From an uncultured Methylomirabilota bacterium (lineage in GTDB: Bacteria; Methylomirabilota; Methylomirabilia; Methylomirabilales; 2-02-FULL-66-22): a stretch of 64,000 nt of DNA. The DNA is taken from assembly GCA_963845565.1 (NCBI GenBank), contig CAWJSJ010000003.1, forward strand, positions 1 to 64,000, given 5' to 3'. A program made the position numbers and the translations under genes. Shown piece after piece: positions 26,716-36,624 of this stretch (within the stretch, counting starts at the first letter, position 1; each line of letters starts with the position of its first letter). The notes beneath the pieces are model-generated. The model saw only the letters and a list, made by a program, of their open reading frames with translations. It was not told where the DNA came from and made no database searches.

Positions 26716-27381
26716 ATGAGTAAGGCGCTGTGGGGAATTGCTGCGGTGGTTCTTTCGATAGGTTTCCTGGTGATTCCTGCTAATGCATTGTATTCGCAAA
26801 CAATAACGATATCCGGTTGCGAGAGTTGCTTTGGGTCGATCTATACCCTGACCGTTTCTGAGGTTGGTAGATGGCTTATACGAAGCGCTCCTCAGTATTG
26901 ACACGAAAGACTATATAGCACCCAAGACGGGTGCGGATTTCATCAGCGCCGTAGACTTCAAGGTGTCTTCTGACGTCGAGAATATCAGTTCCAGGGTCAA
27001 CACCAGTTCCACGAACGCCCTTAGAGGTTCCCCGGATTCTGACGGCTGGATACGCTTCCCAAACACGGAATTTCCAATGCCGGCTGTGCGACCGGCGGGT
27101 CGGGGTTCGTGTGCGCCCAAGATTCAAGCCCAAGCGTATCCGCTATTGCTGATAAGACCTATAAATGGTCGTGGACGTTTGAATTGGCAGGCTCCACGCT
27201 CTTTCCGGATCTTGCGGGCGCCCATATCGGGGCTAAATACAACAACGCGTTGGGCACGCTGAACGGCGTGATCACTTCCGCGGAAGCAGCCCCCGTCCCC
27301 GAGCCCGGCACACTGCTCCTTCTCGGCTCTGGTCTCGTGGGGTTGGCGGGAATCGCTTGGAAGCGGAATCGGCGCGAGTAG
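26716..27381 (+). CDS. PEP-CTERM sorting-domain surface protein (frameshifted)
   Basis: RBS AAGGAGG, signal peptide MSKALWGIAAVVLSIGFLVIPANA, C-terminal VPEPGTLLLLGSGLVGLAGIAWKRNRRE. Split over three ORFs. Confidence 0.88.
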
Positions 27382-27413
27382 TCAACGGGTCGGCATCAAC
27401 CAAGTCTATGTCC

Positions 27414-27452
27414 ACGAGCGCTGAAGCACGCTTCAGCGCTCGTAGTGTTTTT
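27414..27452 (+). terminator. Rho-independent terminator-like hairpin
   Basis: ACGAGCGCTGAAGC-AC-GCTTCAGCGCTCGT followed by AGTGTTTTT after the PEP-CTERM stop. Confidence 0.6.
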
Positions 27453-27564
27453 GGCCAACCGAGAAGACCTTCCGAGGAAACTTTCCAGAAGCAACCCGAG
27501 GCGCATCCTTTCCCACCGGCACCTTTCCGCCGCCGGGCATTCTTGCTGACTCACTGAAAGCTGC

Positions 27565-27772
27565 GTCCGTTGAGCCTGTTGAGTCTCTGCCCGCTGCCAC
27601 CTGCCTGCTGACGGTTACCCGCTGCGACCAGCGCTGGCTTCCGTCCATAGAGTCTCTTGAGCCCTTTGAGTCTGTTGAGTGGGGCCCGGCGACTCTATGG
27701 ACTCAATGACTCAACAAACTGTTTAGGTCAACCCTCGCTGCCAACTGCCAGCTGCCCGCTGCCTGCTGTCCT
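27565..27772. repeat. Intergenic array of 9-mer (GAGTCTGTT/GACTCAA) inverted repeats and 7-mer (CTGCCnn) tandem repeats
   Basis: Read directly from the sequence. Confidence 0.7.
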
Positions 27773-27774
27773 TC

Positions 27775-28878
27775 TCAGAACACCACAAACCGCCGACCGA
27801 GGAAATTGAAGACCACGCCCATGAAGGATGCGGCGGACTTCGCCAGCCATGGGGCGAGGCCCAGATCGTACAGAAATTGCGTGACCCCGAGATCGAGAAC
27901 CCCCGCGATGGTCACTACGGCCAGGTACGCCATCACCTCCCCGGCCGAGTTCCAGCGCGCCTTATGGCGGAAGAGGAGCGCGATGCACAGGAAGTAGTTC
28001 GCGGCGGCGGCCACCGCGAAGGACACGACCGCCGACAGCGCCAGCGACGTGCCCGCGGCATAGATCATCAGGAAGCTGACCAGGTTCACCACGGCGGCCG
28101 TGCCGCCGATCAGGACGTAGATGAGGAACTGCATCGGCAGCGGCAGGAAGGGGGAATTGTACCGGAAGATGCAGTAGAGCGCGCGGACGCCGTCCTTCCA
28201 GGTGATCTTCTTGCCGTCCTCGTAGGTCCGCCCCTCGTACGCGATCGCCATCTCGTAGATCCGGAGATTCCGGTGGGCGACCTTGGCGACGATCTCCGGC
28301 TCGAACCCGAACCGGTCCTCCCGCAGGTCGATCTGTTGCACGATCTCGCGGCGGAACACCTTGTAGCAGGTCTCCATGTCGGTGAGGTTCAAGTCGGTGA
28401 ACATGTTGGAGAGCAGCGTGAGGAACATGTTCCCCAAGTAGTGCCAGAAGTACAGCACCCGGTGCGGCCCTTGCCCCTTGAACCGCGACCCGAGCACGAC
28501 ATCGGCGCGCCCATCACGGAGCGGCCCGATCAGGCTGCGCAGATCGGCCGGGTTGTATTCCAGGTCGGCATCCTGCACCGCCACGAAGTCGCCGGACGCC
28601 TTCTGAATGCCGGTCCGCAGGGCGGCACCCTTCCCGAGGTTCCGGTCGTGATGGAGCACCAGAATACCGGGGTCCCGGGACGCGTACGCGCGAGCGACCT
28701 CGAGACTCCGATCGCTGGAGCAGTCGTCCACGATGATGACCTCCAGCGCCAGGTCCGCCCCTCGGAGCGCCAGGACCCGCTCGAGGCACGGCCCCAGCGT
28801 CCGCTCCTCGTTGAAGCACGGGATGACCACGGACAGCGTCACCGGCGATACCGTGCGCCCGTCGGATGGAGCGTTCAC
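27775..28878 (-). CDS. Glycosyltransferase family 2 (DPM1-like) with C-terminal GtrA-like membrane domain
   Basis: SVVIPCFNEE, IIVDDCSSD, GKGAA, QDADLEY, DMETCYK, FGFEPE. Four hydrophobic C-terminal segments ending NFLGRRFVVF. Confidence 0.9.
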   Translation of the reverse strand: MNAPSDGRTVSPVTLSVVIPCFNEERTLGPCLERVLALRGADLALEVIIVDDCSSDRSLEVARAYASRDPGILVLHHDRNLGKGAALRTGIQKASGDFVAVQDADLEYNPADLRSLIGPLRDGRADVVLGSRFKGQGPHRVLYFWHYLGNMFLTLLSNMFTDLNLTDMETCYKVFRREIVQQIDLREDRFGFEPEIVAKVAHRNLRIYEMAIAYEGRTYEDGKKITWKDGVRALYCIFRYNSPFLPLPMQFLIYVLIGGTAAVVNLVSFLMIYAAGTSLALSAVVSFAVAAAANYFLCIALLFRHKARWNSAGEVMAYLAVVTIAGVLDLGVTQFLYDLGLAPWLAKSAASFMGVVFNFLGRRFVVF

Positions 28879-28914
28879 ATCTCCTCCTGTTGACCAACTA
28901 TTTCCTGGCGTGTT

Positions 28915-29275
28915 TCAGTGCTGCTTCGCCAGCAATCGAACGCGTGCCCGATCGTGTTTCTTGCTGATCGGCTCCTCGTGCCATGTCGTCACCGTCCATG
29001 CTCGCCGTGGCACTGCCCGAGCGGCAGCCAGCAGTCTGGCATTCGGCTCAGGCGGATTCTCCAGCAGGGCCAGGACCCGCAGACTGTCCCTCTCGGAGAG
29101 CTGCACCCGATCGGCTTCCTCGATCACGGCCTTGGCTGCACGCACGGCGTGCTGAATCACGAACTCCGTCAGGTCGGTGTGCTTCAGCGCCACCGCCCGC
29201 AACAAGAGTCGCCTTCTCCTCGGCCCGAATCCGCAAGGACATCCGGCTATTGTCTTCGACCGCTACCCTTGGCAT
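28915..29275 (-). pseudogene. DUF1778 (TacA-like) antitoxin with a frameshift, followed by only the first residues of a GNAT toxin
   Basis: RMSLRIRAEEK..LRAVALKHTDLTEFV..QLSERD..LENPPEPNARL, then WHEEPISKKHDRA, then the toxin sequence stops. Confidence 0.7.
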
Positions 29276-29386
29276 GGCAGGAATCCTCCATTTCTGTACA
29301 TATTCAACGAGTACACTAAAAAAATCGAATGAGTCAATCGGCCAGTGTATGTCATGATAACCAGAAAGTGTAAAAGGAGGTGTGTC

Positions 29387-29614
29387 GTGTCCCAGCGCCG
29401 CAAGAAATTCGCCACCCAGGTCAATTCCGAAATCCTGTCGGCCGTTCGCACGCTCGCGGAGACGGAAGGCCGGCAGCTTCAGACGCTTGTGGACGAGGCC
29501 TTCGCCGACCTGATCGAGAAGCGCAAGAACGCCAAGCCGCGCCCGCATGTCATGAGCGCGTACCTCGCCAGCCTCGAAAAATATGACGCGCTGTACACGA
29601 AGCTCGCGGAATGA
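29387..29614 (+). CDS. Small RHH-like antitoxin; overlapping downstream toxin start is truncated
   Basis: RBS AGGAGG, KFATQVNSEILSAVRTLAETEGRQLQTLVDEA. The stop overlaps ATGACCGAC (MTD), but no toxin ORF follows. Confidence 0.6.
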   Translation: MSQRRKKFATQVNSEILSAVRTLAETEGRQLQTLVDEAFADLIEKRKNAKPRPHVMSAYLASLEKYDALYTKLAE

Positions 29615-29647
29615 CCGACTGCAGGCGAATCCGCGCACACCGCGCCC

Positions 29648-29751
29648 TAAGCCGTTGTCAAAGAATAAGTTGAGCGGAGGCATTCCGAAACGGCATAAGG
29701 AGCCGTAACGAAATAGAAAGGGATGTATAGGTTATTTCGTAACGGCTCCTA
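29648..29751 (+). repeat. ~105-bp dispersed two-hairpin element, copy 1
   Basis: TAAGCCGTTGTCAAAGAATAAG...ACGGCATAAGGAGCCGTAACGAAATA...TATTTCGTAACGGCTCCTA, near-identical to the copies at 33125, 41129 and 50599. Confidence 0.9.
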
Positions 29752-31854
29752 TCGGTCGCTGCCAACCCTGGGAGGCGGGACGGGAAATTGGAAGGATGGT
29801 CCGGGCGGCATGGGGATCGGCTCGGTGACACGGAACGGAGGTCCGCTGCCCAGCGCACGCCAATCCGCCCGCTCCACGTCCCCCCGGATGAAGAATTCCG
29901 TGATCCCGTCGGGATCGCCGGCGTTGGTCGGGAGGCCGGTCCGGTAGTTCACGCGCGCCGGCAGGATGCCTTCCGGAATGGGCAGGGTCTCGTTGGGCAC
30001 GTTGCGCAAGGCCCGCCGCATGAAGTCCGCCCACACCGGCGCCGCCAACCGGCCGGCGGTCTCGTGCGAGCCCACCGATCGCGGCTGATCGTACCCGACC
30101 CAGAGACCCGTGGCGAGCCGGTGCGTGTATCCCACGAACCACATGTCCACCGCGTCCTGGCTGGTGCCCGTCTTCGCCGCCACGCTCCACCCCGGGACGC
30201 GCCCCCGCTTGGCCGTTCCCCGCTCCACCGCCCCCTGCAGGACGCTGGTCGTGACGAACGCCACCTCCTCCCGCAGGACGCGCTCCGGCGCAGCCGCCGC
30301 CGCCGCCAGGACCTCCCCGCTCGGCCCGACGATCCGCCGGATACCCGTCGGGGGGATCCGAAGTCCCTGGTTGCCGAGCACGGCATAGGCGCCGGTCAAC
30401 TCCAGCAGATTCACCTCCGAGACGCCGAGCGCCAGCCCGTACTCGCGGCGCAGCTCCGACTTGATGCCCATGCGGTGTGCCAGCGCGATCACCGGATCCA
30501 TGCCCACCGTCTCGAGGAGGCGCACGGTGGGCACGTTGATGGACTCCTCCAGGGCCTGCCGCAGCGTGACCTGCCCGCGAAACTGGTGGTCGAAGTTCTC
30601 GGGCCGCCAGTCCACCGTCCGGCCGTTCTGCGGAATCGAGTAGCTGATCGGAAAATCGTCCATGAGATTCGCCGGCGTGAACCCCCGCTCGAACGCCGCC
30701 GCATACACGAACGGTTTGAACGTGGAACCGGGCTGCCGTCGCGCCTGGACGGCGCGGTTGAACTGGCTCTTCGCGTAGTCCAGCCCCCCGACCATGGCCC
30801 GGATCTCCCCGGTTGCCGGGTCGAGCGCCACCAGGGCCCCCTCCAGGCCGACCGGGTCGGCTGGCGCCACTTTCTTCCGGCCGGCCAGCGTCTTCTCGAT
30901 GCCCTTCACGCCGTTCCGGAGCACCTCGCCGGCGACCTGTTGCATCTCCAGGTCCAGCGAGGTGTAGATCCGCAACCCGCCCCGCGTCAAGGACACCCGG
31001 CCGTAGCGCGGTTCCAGATCCTTCCGCAAGAAATCCACGAAATAACTGGCCAGCCCGCGCGCCTTGAAGAAGGGGTTCAAGGTCACCGGCGCACTCCGCG
31101 CGGCCTGCACCTGCGCCGCCGTGGCGTGCCCCAGTTCCAGCATCCGGCCCAGCACGATGTCCCGCCGCGCCTTGGCGCGCTTCACGTCGGAAAACGGGGA
31201 ATACAGGCTGGGCGCCTTCACGAGGCCCGCCACCAGCGCGGCCTCGCCCAGGGTGAGCTGCGAGACGGACTTGCTGAAGTAGGTCCGAGCGGCGGCCTCG
31301 ATGCCGTACGCCCCGCCCCCGAAGTAGATGGTGTTGAGGTACATCTCCAGGATCTTGTCCTTGCTGTACCGGTGCTCGATCTCGGTCGCCAGCTGGAACT
31401 CCTTCACCTTCCGCGCCAGCGTGCGTTCCGGGGTCAGGAAGAGCCCCTTGGCGAGCTGCTGCGTGATGGTGCTGCCGCCCTCCTTCACCTTGGCGGCGGT
31501 GAGGTTCCGCAACGCGGCGCGCGCCATCCCCTTCAGGCTGATCGCCCCGTGCTCGTAGAACTGGGCGTCCTCGACGTCCAGCACGGCACGCCGGACGAGC
31601 AGGGGAACCCGCGAGAGAGGCACAAAGATCCGGAATTCCTGCGCGAGCGAGGCGAACGGCTCGCCCCCGCTCGCGTACAGGATACTGGGCTCGCCGGGCT
31701 GGAAGATCTCGAGCCGGTCCAGCGCCGGGAGATCCTTCTCCGGGTCCGCGGTGAAGGCCCAACTGGAGGACAGGATCCCGAAACACAGCGCGAGGGCGAG
31801 CAGCGCCGCCGCACCGCGGCCTCCCCTCGTCATGCCACGGATGTGAGTATTCAT
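29749..31854 (-). CDS. Class A penicillin-binding protein (PBP1A family, transglycosylase-transpeptidase)
   Basis: EDAQFYEH, GGSTITQQLAK, RKVKE, KILEMYLN, QPGSTFKP (SxxK), SIN (SxN), KTGT. Start at 31854 or 31833. Confidence 0.93.
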   Translation of the reverse strand: MNTHIRGMTRGGRGAAALLALALCFGILSSSWAFTADPEKDLPALDRLEIFQPGEPSILYASGGEPFASLAQEFRIFVPLSRVPLLVRRAVLDVEDAQFYEHGAISLKGMARAALRNLTAAKVKEGGSTITQQLAKGLFLTPERTLARKVKEFQLATEIEHRYSKDKILEMYLNTIYFGGGAYGIEAAARTYFSKSVSQLTLGEAALVAGLVKAPSLYSPFSDVKRAKARRDIVLGRMLELGHATAAQVQAARSAPVTLNPFFKARGLASYFVDFLRKDLEPRYGRVSLTRGGLRIYTSLDLEMQQVAGEVLRNGVKGIEKTLAGRKKVAPADPVGLEGALVALDPATGEIRAMVGGLDYAKSQFNRAVQARRQPGSTFKPFVYAAAFERGFTPANLMDDFPISYSIPQNGRTVDWRPENFDHQFRGQVTLRQALEESINVPTVRLLETVGMDPVIALAHRMGIKSELRREYGLALGVSEVNLLELTGAYAVLGNQGLRIPPTGIRRIVGPSGEVLAAAAAAPERVLREEVAFVTTSVLQGAVERGTAKRGRVPGWSVAAKTGTSQDAVDMWFVGYTHRLATGLWVGYDQPRSVGSHETAGRLAAPVWADFMRRALRNVPNETLPIPEGILPARVNYRTGLPTNAGDPDGITEFFIRGDVERADWRALGSGPPFRVTEPIPMPPGPSFQFPVPPPRVGSDR

Positions 31855-32079
31855 GGGGTGAATGGTACCACAGAGAAGCGCATCTGATGACCGCAAATCG
31901 CACGCGGCTCCCAGGGCAAACGTGGCGTGCTGCGATACGCCGAGTGACGCGCGCGCTCCTGCCAACCGGACCGCGTCGGTCGACCGCGCACGTTTTTGTT
32001 CCGACCGATCTGCCCCCTGTGATAGGATTCCGTTGCAGTCGTCAGGCGGCCCTCCCGCGGACCTCTGACGTCTGTCCTG

Positions 32080-32210
32080 TGTTCGCGGTTCGCGGTTTTT
32101 GGTTCCCGGTTTCCGGTTCGCTGTTCCCGGTTCGCTGTTCTCTGACCGCTGATCTCGGTTCGCGGTTCCAGGTTCGTGTCCTCTGAGTTCTGACCTCTGA
32201 TTCTGTCTTC
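32080..32210. repeat. Tandem degenerate heptamer repeats (GGTTCGC/GGTTCCC, TCTGACC type) upstream of purC
   Basis: Read directly from the sequence. Confidence 0.7.
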
Positions 32211-32226
32211 CGCAGTGGAGGATCCC

Positions 32227-33127
32227 ATGGGCACAGCATTGTTCGAGACCAATCTCCCCGGCCTCACCCTCAAGGCGCGTGGCAAGGTGCGGGACATCTA
32301 CGACCTGGGCGATGCCCTCTTGATCGTCGCCTCGGACCGGATCTCCGCCTTCGACGTCATCATGAACGACCCCATCCCCGACAAGGGGAAGATCCTGACG
32401 CAAATCTCCAACTTTTGGTTCGCGAAGGTCGGCGACCTGGCCCCGACGCACCTTCTGGCCACCGATGTCGCCAAGTTCCCGGCCGCCTGCCGGCCGTATG
32501 CGGAAACGCTTCGCGATCGCGCCATGTACGTCACCAAGGCACGCGTCCTCCCGTTCGAGTGCGTCGTCCGCGGCTACCTGAGCGGCTCCGGCTGGAAAGA
32601 GTACCGCGAACAGGGCAGCGTCTGCGGACTCCGGTTACCTGCGGGCCTGGTGGAATCGGACCGGCTGGCCGAGCCGATCTTCACGCCGGCCACCAAGGAA
32701 GAGGTCGGCACCCACGACCAGAACGTGTCGTTCGACCGTATGGTGCGGGACTTGGGCGGGGACCTGGCGGAGCGGCTGCGCAGCCCTGAGCCTGGCCGTC
32801 TATCGCCGGGCGCGGGACATCGCCGAGGCGCGCGGCATCATCCTGGCAGACACCAAGTTCGAGTTCGGCCTGGTCGGGGAAACCGTCATCCTGGTGGACG
32901 AGGTCCTCACCCCGGATTCGTCACGGTTCTGGCCCAAGGCGGCGTACAAACCGGGCGGCCCCCAGCCGTCCTTCGACAAGCAGTTCCTTCGGGACTATCT
33001 CCTCTCGATCAAGTGGCCGCAGCAGCCGCCACCGCCACCCCTGCCCGCCGACATCATCGCCAAGACGCGCGCCAAGTACCTGGAGGCCTACGAGATCCTC
33101 CTCGGCCATCCGGCGCCGTTCGCGTAA
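32227..33127 (+). CDS. purC: SAICAR synthetase (frameshift near 32785)
   Basis: RGKVRDIY, ASDRISAFD, ECVVRGYLSGSGW, IFTPATK, ADTKFEFG, DEVLTPDSSRFW, FDKQFLRD. Confidence 0.95.
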
Positions 33128-33228
33128 GCCGTTGTCAAAGAATAGTTGAGCGGAGACATTCCGAAACGGCATAAGGAGCCGTAACGAAATAGAAAGAGAC
33201 GTATAGGTTATTTCGTAACGGCTCCTAA
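33125..33228 (+). repeat. ~105-bp element, copy 2
   Basis: Begins at the purC TAA stop and ends with TAA. Confidence 0.9.
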
Positions 33229-33327
33229 GCCGACCGGACCGAGGGAAGATCAGATTTCACCACGTCGGCGGATCACGCCACGGGGTGCCCAGGTGACCGT
33301 TGTAAGAGGCGGGGAAGGGATCCTCGA

Positions 33328-33500
33328 TTACGCGAGGCGCTTTCGCGCCGAGCGATGTGCCGTCGCCTCAATCGTGGTTATCGCGGTGACGTCAAAGAAA
33401 CGTTCACCGCAGGACGCACAGCGGACATGCGGTAACCGCTGGACCAAGCGGCCGGCTGAGAGCGCACAGTCTTCCACGACGTGCGCAAGCGCCTTGATTC
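33328..33500 (-). pseudogene. YgiT-type zinc-finger (MqsA-like) protein remnant
   Basis: LPHVRCASCGERFFD C-terminal half. The N-terminal CxxC is not found. Confidence 0.5.
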
Positions 33501-33598
33501 CTGGACCCGCGCCTGCGTAGGGACCACCGCGAGGAGCTCCGCAGCCCCGGGCGACCGTCGACCGAGGCCGCGGGCTCATCCCCGGGACCGTGGTTCGT

Positions 33599-33898
33599 TT
33601 ACGGCATCCGCATGAGTCGCTCGCTCCGCCACACTCGCACGATGCGCACGCGGTCCTTGTCCACACGATAGACGATGCGGAATGGCGGATGGATGACCTC
33701 CCTGAGCTGCGCGACACCGAACTCGGGAACGACACGCCCGCTCTCCGGGAAGTCTGCGAGTCGCTCGACCGCCGCGATGACCTCGTGGAGGAGTCGCTCG
33801 CCGACCTCGGGCACCTCACGCTCGCGGTACCACGCACGCATCCCCTCAAGGTCATCGACGGCTGAGGCGGCGAAGCGGATCCGGCGCTTGCGAGGCAT
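33599..33898 (-). CDS. RelE/ParE family toxin
   Basis: IRFAASAVDDLEGM..RLADFPESGRVVPE..LREVIHPPFRIVYRV..IVRVWRS. Confidence 0.88.
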   Translation of the reverse strand: MPRKRRIRFAASAVDDLEGMRAWYREREVPEVGERLLHEVIAAVERLADFPESGRVVPEFGVAQLREVIHPPFRIVYRVDKDRVRIVRVWRSERLMRMP

Positions 33899-33899
33899 G

Positions 33900-34175
33900 T
33901 CAGGTGAGGCCTAGCCGGATCTTGACGGCCGAGAGGTCCGTCTCGCGACCCTCTTCCAGGTCCATCAGTCCCTGGACGACGCCGCGCAGAAAGGCGCGCT
34001 CCTCCGACTCCGCCTCATACTCTGCGAGCGCCTGAACCACTGCGACGCCGCGCCCGCGGTTGGTCAGCAGCACCGGCCGGCGGGTCTCTTCGACCTGATG
34101 AACGATTCGACCGGGATTCACCTTCAGGTCGCTCAGGGGGACGATGTCCTGCGAGAACTTCGTCGGTGCGCGCAT
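33900..34175 (-). CDS. Phd/YefM family antitoxin
   Basis: DIVPLSDLK..PVLLTNRGRGVAVV..AEYE, directly upstream of the ParE toxin. Confidence 0.9.
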   Translation of the reverse strand: MRAPTKFSQDIVPLSDLKVNPGRIVHQVEETRRPVLLTNRGRGVAVVQALAEYEAESEERAFLRGVVQGLMDLEEGRETDLSAVKIRLGLT

Positions 34176-34324
34176 GATTCCTCGGATTCAGGTGCGATTA
34201 CTCCCCCTGATAACCGCACCTGTTGGTTGGACCGTCAAGCGATATTGGGAGCGTTGCTTCCACAAGTGGTCGTTTGGGAATTCTAGGCCAAGGGCGATCC
34301 GATTCCGGATCCGGGCAGGTTTTG

Positions 34325-34601
34325 CTACAACCGTCGCATCAGGTACTCCCCCGGCGAGAGTATCAGGACCTGTTCCACCGTCTTCCCGAAAAGAAAGCCG
34401 AAGTGCTTTTTGTCCACGGTGAGGAGGTGCGTCGCGCGACCAGCTAACGCGGCGAGGAGGACGGGACGATCCTTCCTCTTCGATCACGAGCGCGGACGCC
34501 AGCAGCCGTGCATCCCTCAACGCCCACAGCCTCCGGAGGGGCGACGACGGAGTGTACGCGGCCGAGAAGACGACACAGGCATCGAGGAACAGACGGTCCA
34601 C
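34325..34601 (-). pseudogene. PIN-domain toxin with internal deletion/frameshift
   Basis: MDRLFLDACVVFSAA..IEEE is joined out of frame to KDRPVLLAALAGRATHLLTVDKKHFG..ILSPGEYL. Confidence 0.75.
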
Positions 34602-34650
34602 TTAGGAGCCGTTACGAAATAACTTGGCCATTTATTCTTTGCACCGGCTT
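34602..34650 (-). repeat. Internally deleted copy of the ~105-bp element
   Basis: TTAGGAGCCGTTACGAAATAACTTGGCCATT joined to TATTCTTTGCACCGGCTT, i.e. both ends of the 50599 copy. Confidence 0.7.
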
Positions 34651-34948
34651 TGCGCCTCCGCGGCTTGACGTGGTCGATCTTGGTTGGATCGAGCCCCATC
34701 CGGCGGACCGTGGCGACGGCCTTGGCGTAGGACGGCTTATCCACGGCGCTGCCGAGGAGGAACTCTGCCACCCGCTCCGGGGTGTACATCTCGACGGGGG
34801 TCACCGCGGCGGGACGGATGAGAATGCCTTCGTCCCGCTCCTCAGCAATGATGTAGGCCCCCTCCTCGATCCCGAATCGCTTCCGGAGCTTGGCAGGCAG
34901 GACCACCATTCCCCGCTTTCCCACTTTGCTCGCTTCTGTGGTCGGCAT
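34605..34948 (-). CDS. AbrB/MazE/SpoVT-domain antitoxin (3' end reads through the inserted repeat)
   Basis: SKVGKRGMVVLPAKLRKRFGIEEG..EERDEGILIRP. The frame continues to 34517. Confidence 0.85.
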
Positions 34949-35117
34949 GGGCGTTCTCCGTTGAAAGACTGAATGCCCGATAATCGGGCAAACGAAAGTA
35001 TGCCCTGTTTTCCGGGAGGGGTCAAGGGAGAATCGCCGAGCCGATTCACGCGGAGGCGAGGCCCCTGTGCACCCGCCGTCTGTCCGGTGGCTGTGTGCAG
35101 CCGGATCGGGTCCACGG

Positions 35118-35483
35118 TCAGGCAGGATCCGGGGGTGTGAGATACGCGATCGTGTAGGCGGGGAGCGTGGCTTCGGGGAAACGTGCACTATGCGCGGCGA
35201 GTGCGTTGGCGATTACGCCGTGCCGGCTGTACCGCCATTGAGGGACGACGATCAAGACGCCGCAGTGGGGCGCCTGCTTGTCATACGCCATCCGGGTGAC
35301 CACTTGGAAGTCATTCCGATTGAAGGTGACGAGACAGCGTCGCTCGGAGGCCGCCCGCGCACGCTGGGCCTCATCCGTCAGCGCCAAGGCACCACATTCG
35401 TGGGCACTGACGATGTCAACACCGAGGGCCCGGGCCGCCACGGCGATGGCCGGGTCCAAGTCTTCGTCCAGATAGTATCTCAT
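35118..35483 (-). CDS. DUF5615 PIN-like toxin
   Basis: MRYYLDEDLD..LTDEAQ..RCLVTFNRNDF..HCGVL, overlapping the DUF433 stop. Confidence 0.82.
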   Translation of the reverse strand: MRYYLDEDLDPAIAVAARALGVDIVSAHECGALALTDEAQRARAASERRCLVTFNRNDFQVVTRMAYDKQAPHCGVLIVVPQWRYSRHGVIANALAAHSARFPEATLPAYTIAYLTPPDPA

Positions 35484-35899
35484 GCGCTGGGGGGGACGAA
35501 GATCGGCAACTCCCGGGCGAGTCGCTCCGGAGTCCATGCGTCGTTGGCCATGATGCGGCGGCGGATGTCCTCCGGATACCGAACGGCATAGCTTAACGCG
35601 GCTCGGAGTTGGGGCTCTGTCAGATGGCTGAACGCGTGGCGCAGCGCGTCAAAGCTCCGATCCAGGTGCTCGTACGCGTAGACGACCTCCCAGACATCCA
35701 GGCCGGTGCCGGCCAGGATCGCCCGCCGCCCGGTGGCGCCATCCATAAAGGCGATCCCTGGACACTGCCGGATGGCGATTGCCTCCGACAGGAGTTCAGT
35801 GACCACGGCTGTAAAATCTCTCCCGGTGGCCTCGGCGGCGTCGGTGATGGCTTGCGCCAGGGTATCCGACATGCGTAGGCTCTTTTGCACGGTTGGCAT
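35480..35899 (-). CDS. DUF433-domain antitoxin with N-terminal RHH
   Basis: KSLRMS.., PGIAFMDGATGRRAILAGTGLDVWEVV..LTEPQLRAALSY. Confidence 0.82.
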   Translation of the reverse strand: MPTVQKSLRMSDTLAQAITDAAEATGRDFTAVVTELLSEAIAIRQCPGIAFMDGATGRRAILAGTGLDVWEVVYAYEHLDRSFDALRHAFSHLTEPQLRAALSYAVRYPEDIRRRIMANDAWTPERLARELPIFVPPSA

Positions 35900-36123
35900 T
35901 ACTTCCTCCGTCGGTTAATGAATGGCATATGCATACATTGACCGACATCGAAATTCAAGACACGAGTGAGGCTTTCCGATATGGTGCCAGGATCCGGCGG
36001 GGAGTAATGTCTTCGCGTGTTGGGCGCCAGCCCAGGGGAGAGGCCCGCGCGGGTCACCACCAGCGCCAAGCGCACCCGCGATGGAGCGAAACCTGCACAG
36101 CCCGCATCGATTGCGGCATCTGG

Positions 36124-36558
36124 TTACCCCAACGTCAGAAACGCGCGGACGTTCGATGGAATCTCGACCGCCTTGTTGGCCGCGTAATCCAGCCAAACGA
36201 GGACGGTGCTTCCGTCCCCGATGAGCTCGTCAGTCCCCTTTCGAAACACCCCATACGACAAGACAAAACTGCGCTGCCGAACCTCGGTGCAGGCGACCCC
36301 AATTTCCACCTCGGCCGGATAATGGAGTTGCCGCCGGTAGTTGAATGTCTGCGAGACGACGACCGGGCCCTGGCCCGCGGCCCCGATGTCCACGCTGTTC
36401 CACCCCTTGGCTTCGAAAAATCCGATCCGCGCCGATTCCAAGTACTGAAGGTAGGCGACGTTATTGACGTGCCGGAGCGCGTCCATGTCGCCCCAGCGGA
36501 CGGTCTCGGACCACCAGAACTGGAACGCGGACCGCGTGGGCCTTTCCGGGTGACTCAC
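36124..36558 (-). CDS. Acyl-CoA thioesterase (4HBT/YbgC family), copy 1
   Basis: VRWGDMDALRHVNNVAYLQYLESAR. GTG start after the GGAGG RBS. Confidence 0.88.
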   Translation of the reverse strand: MSHPERPTRSAFQFWWSETVRWGDMDALRHVNNVAYLQYLESARIGFFEAKGWNSVDIGAAGQGPVVVSQTFNYRRQLHYPAEVEIGVACTEVRQRSFVLSYGVFRKGTDELIGDGSTVLVWLDYAANKAVEIPSNVRAFLTLG

Positions 36559-36624
36559 GATTTCCTCCCCAATGCGGAATGCCGGGTGTTTGTCCCAGGT
36601 CACGACCCGGAAAACGCCCACCCG

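Noticed and set aside
31855..32451. N-terminal extension of the 900-aa PBP ORF
   Set aside because: It runs through heptamer repeats and antisense to purC. The signal anchor begins near 31854-31833.
32227..33127. purC as a pseudogene or programmed frameshift
   Set aside because: A single indel in a conserved gene, in a contig with many indels, is most likely a sequencing error.
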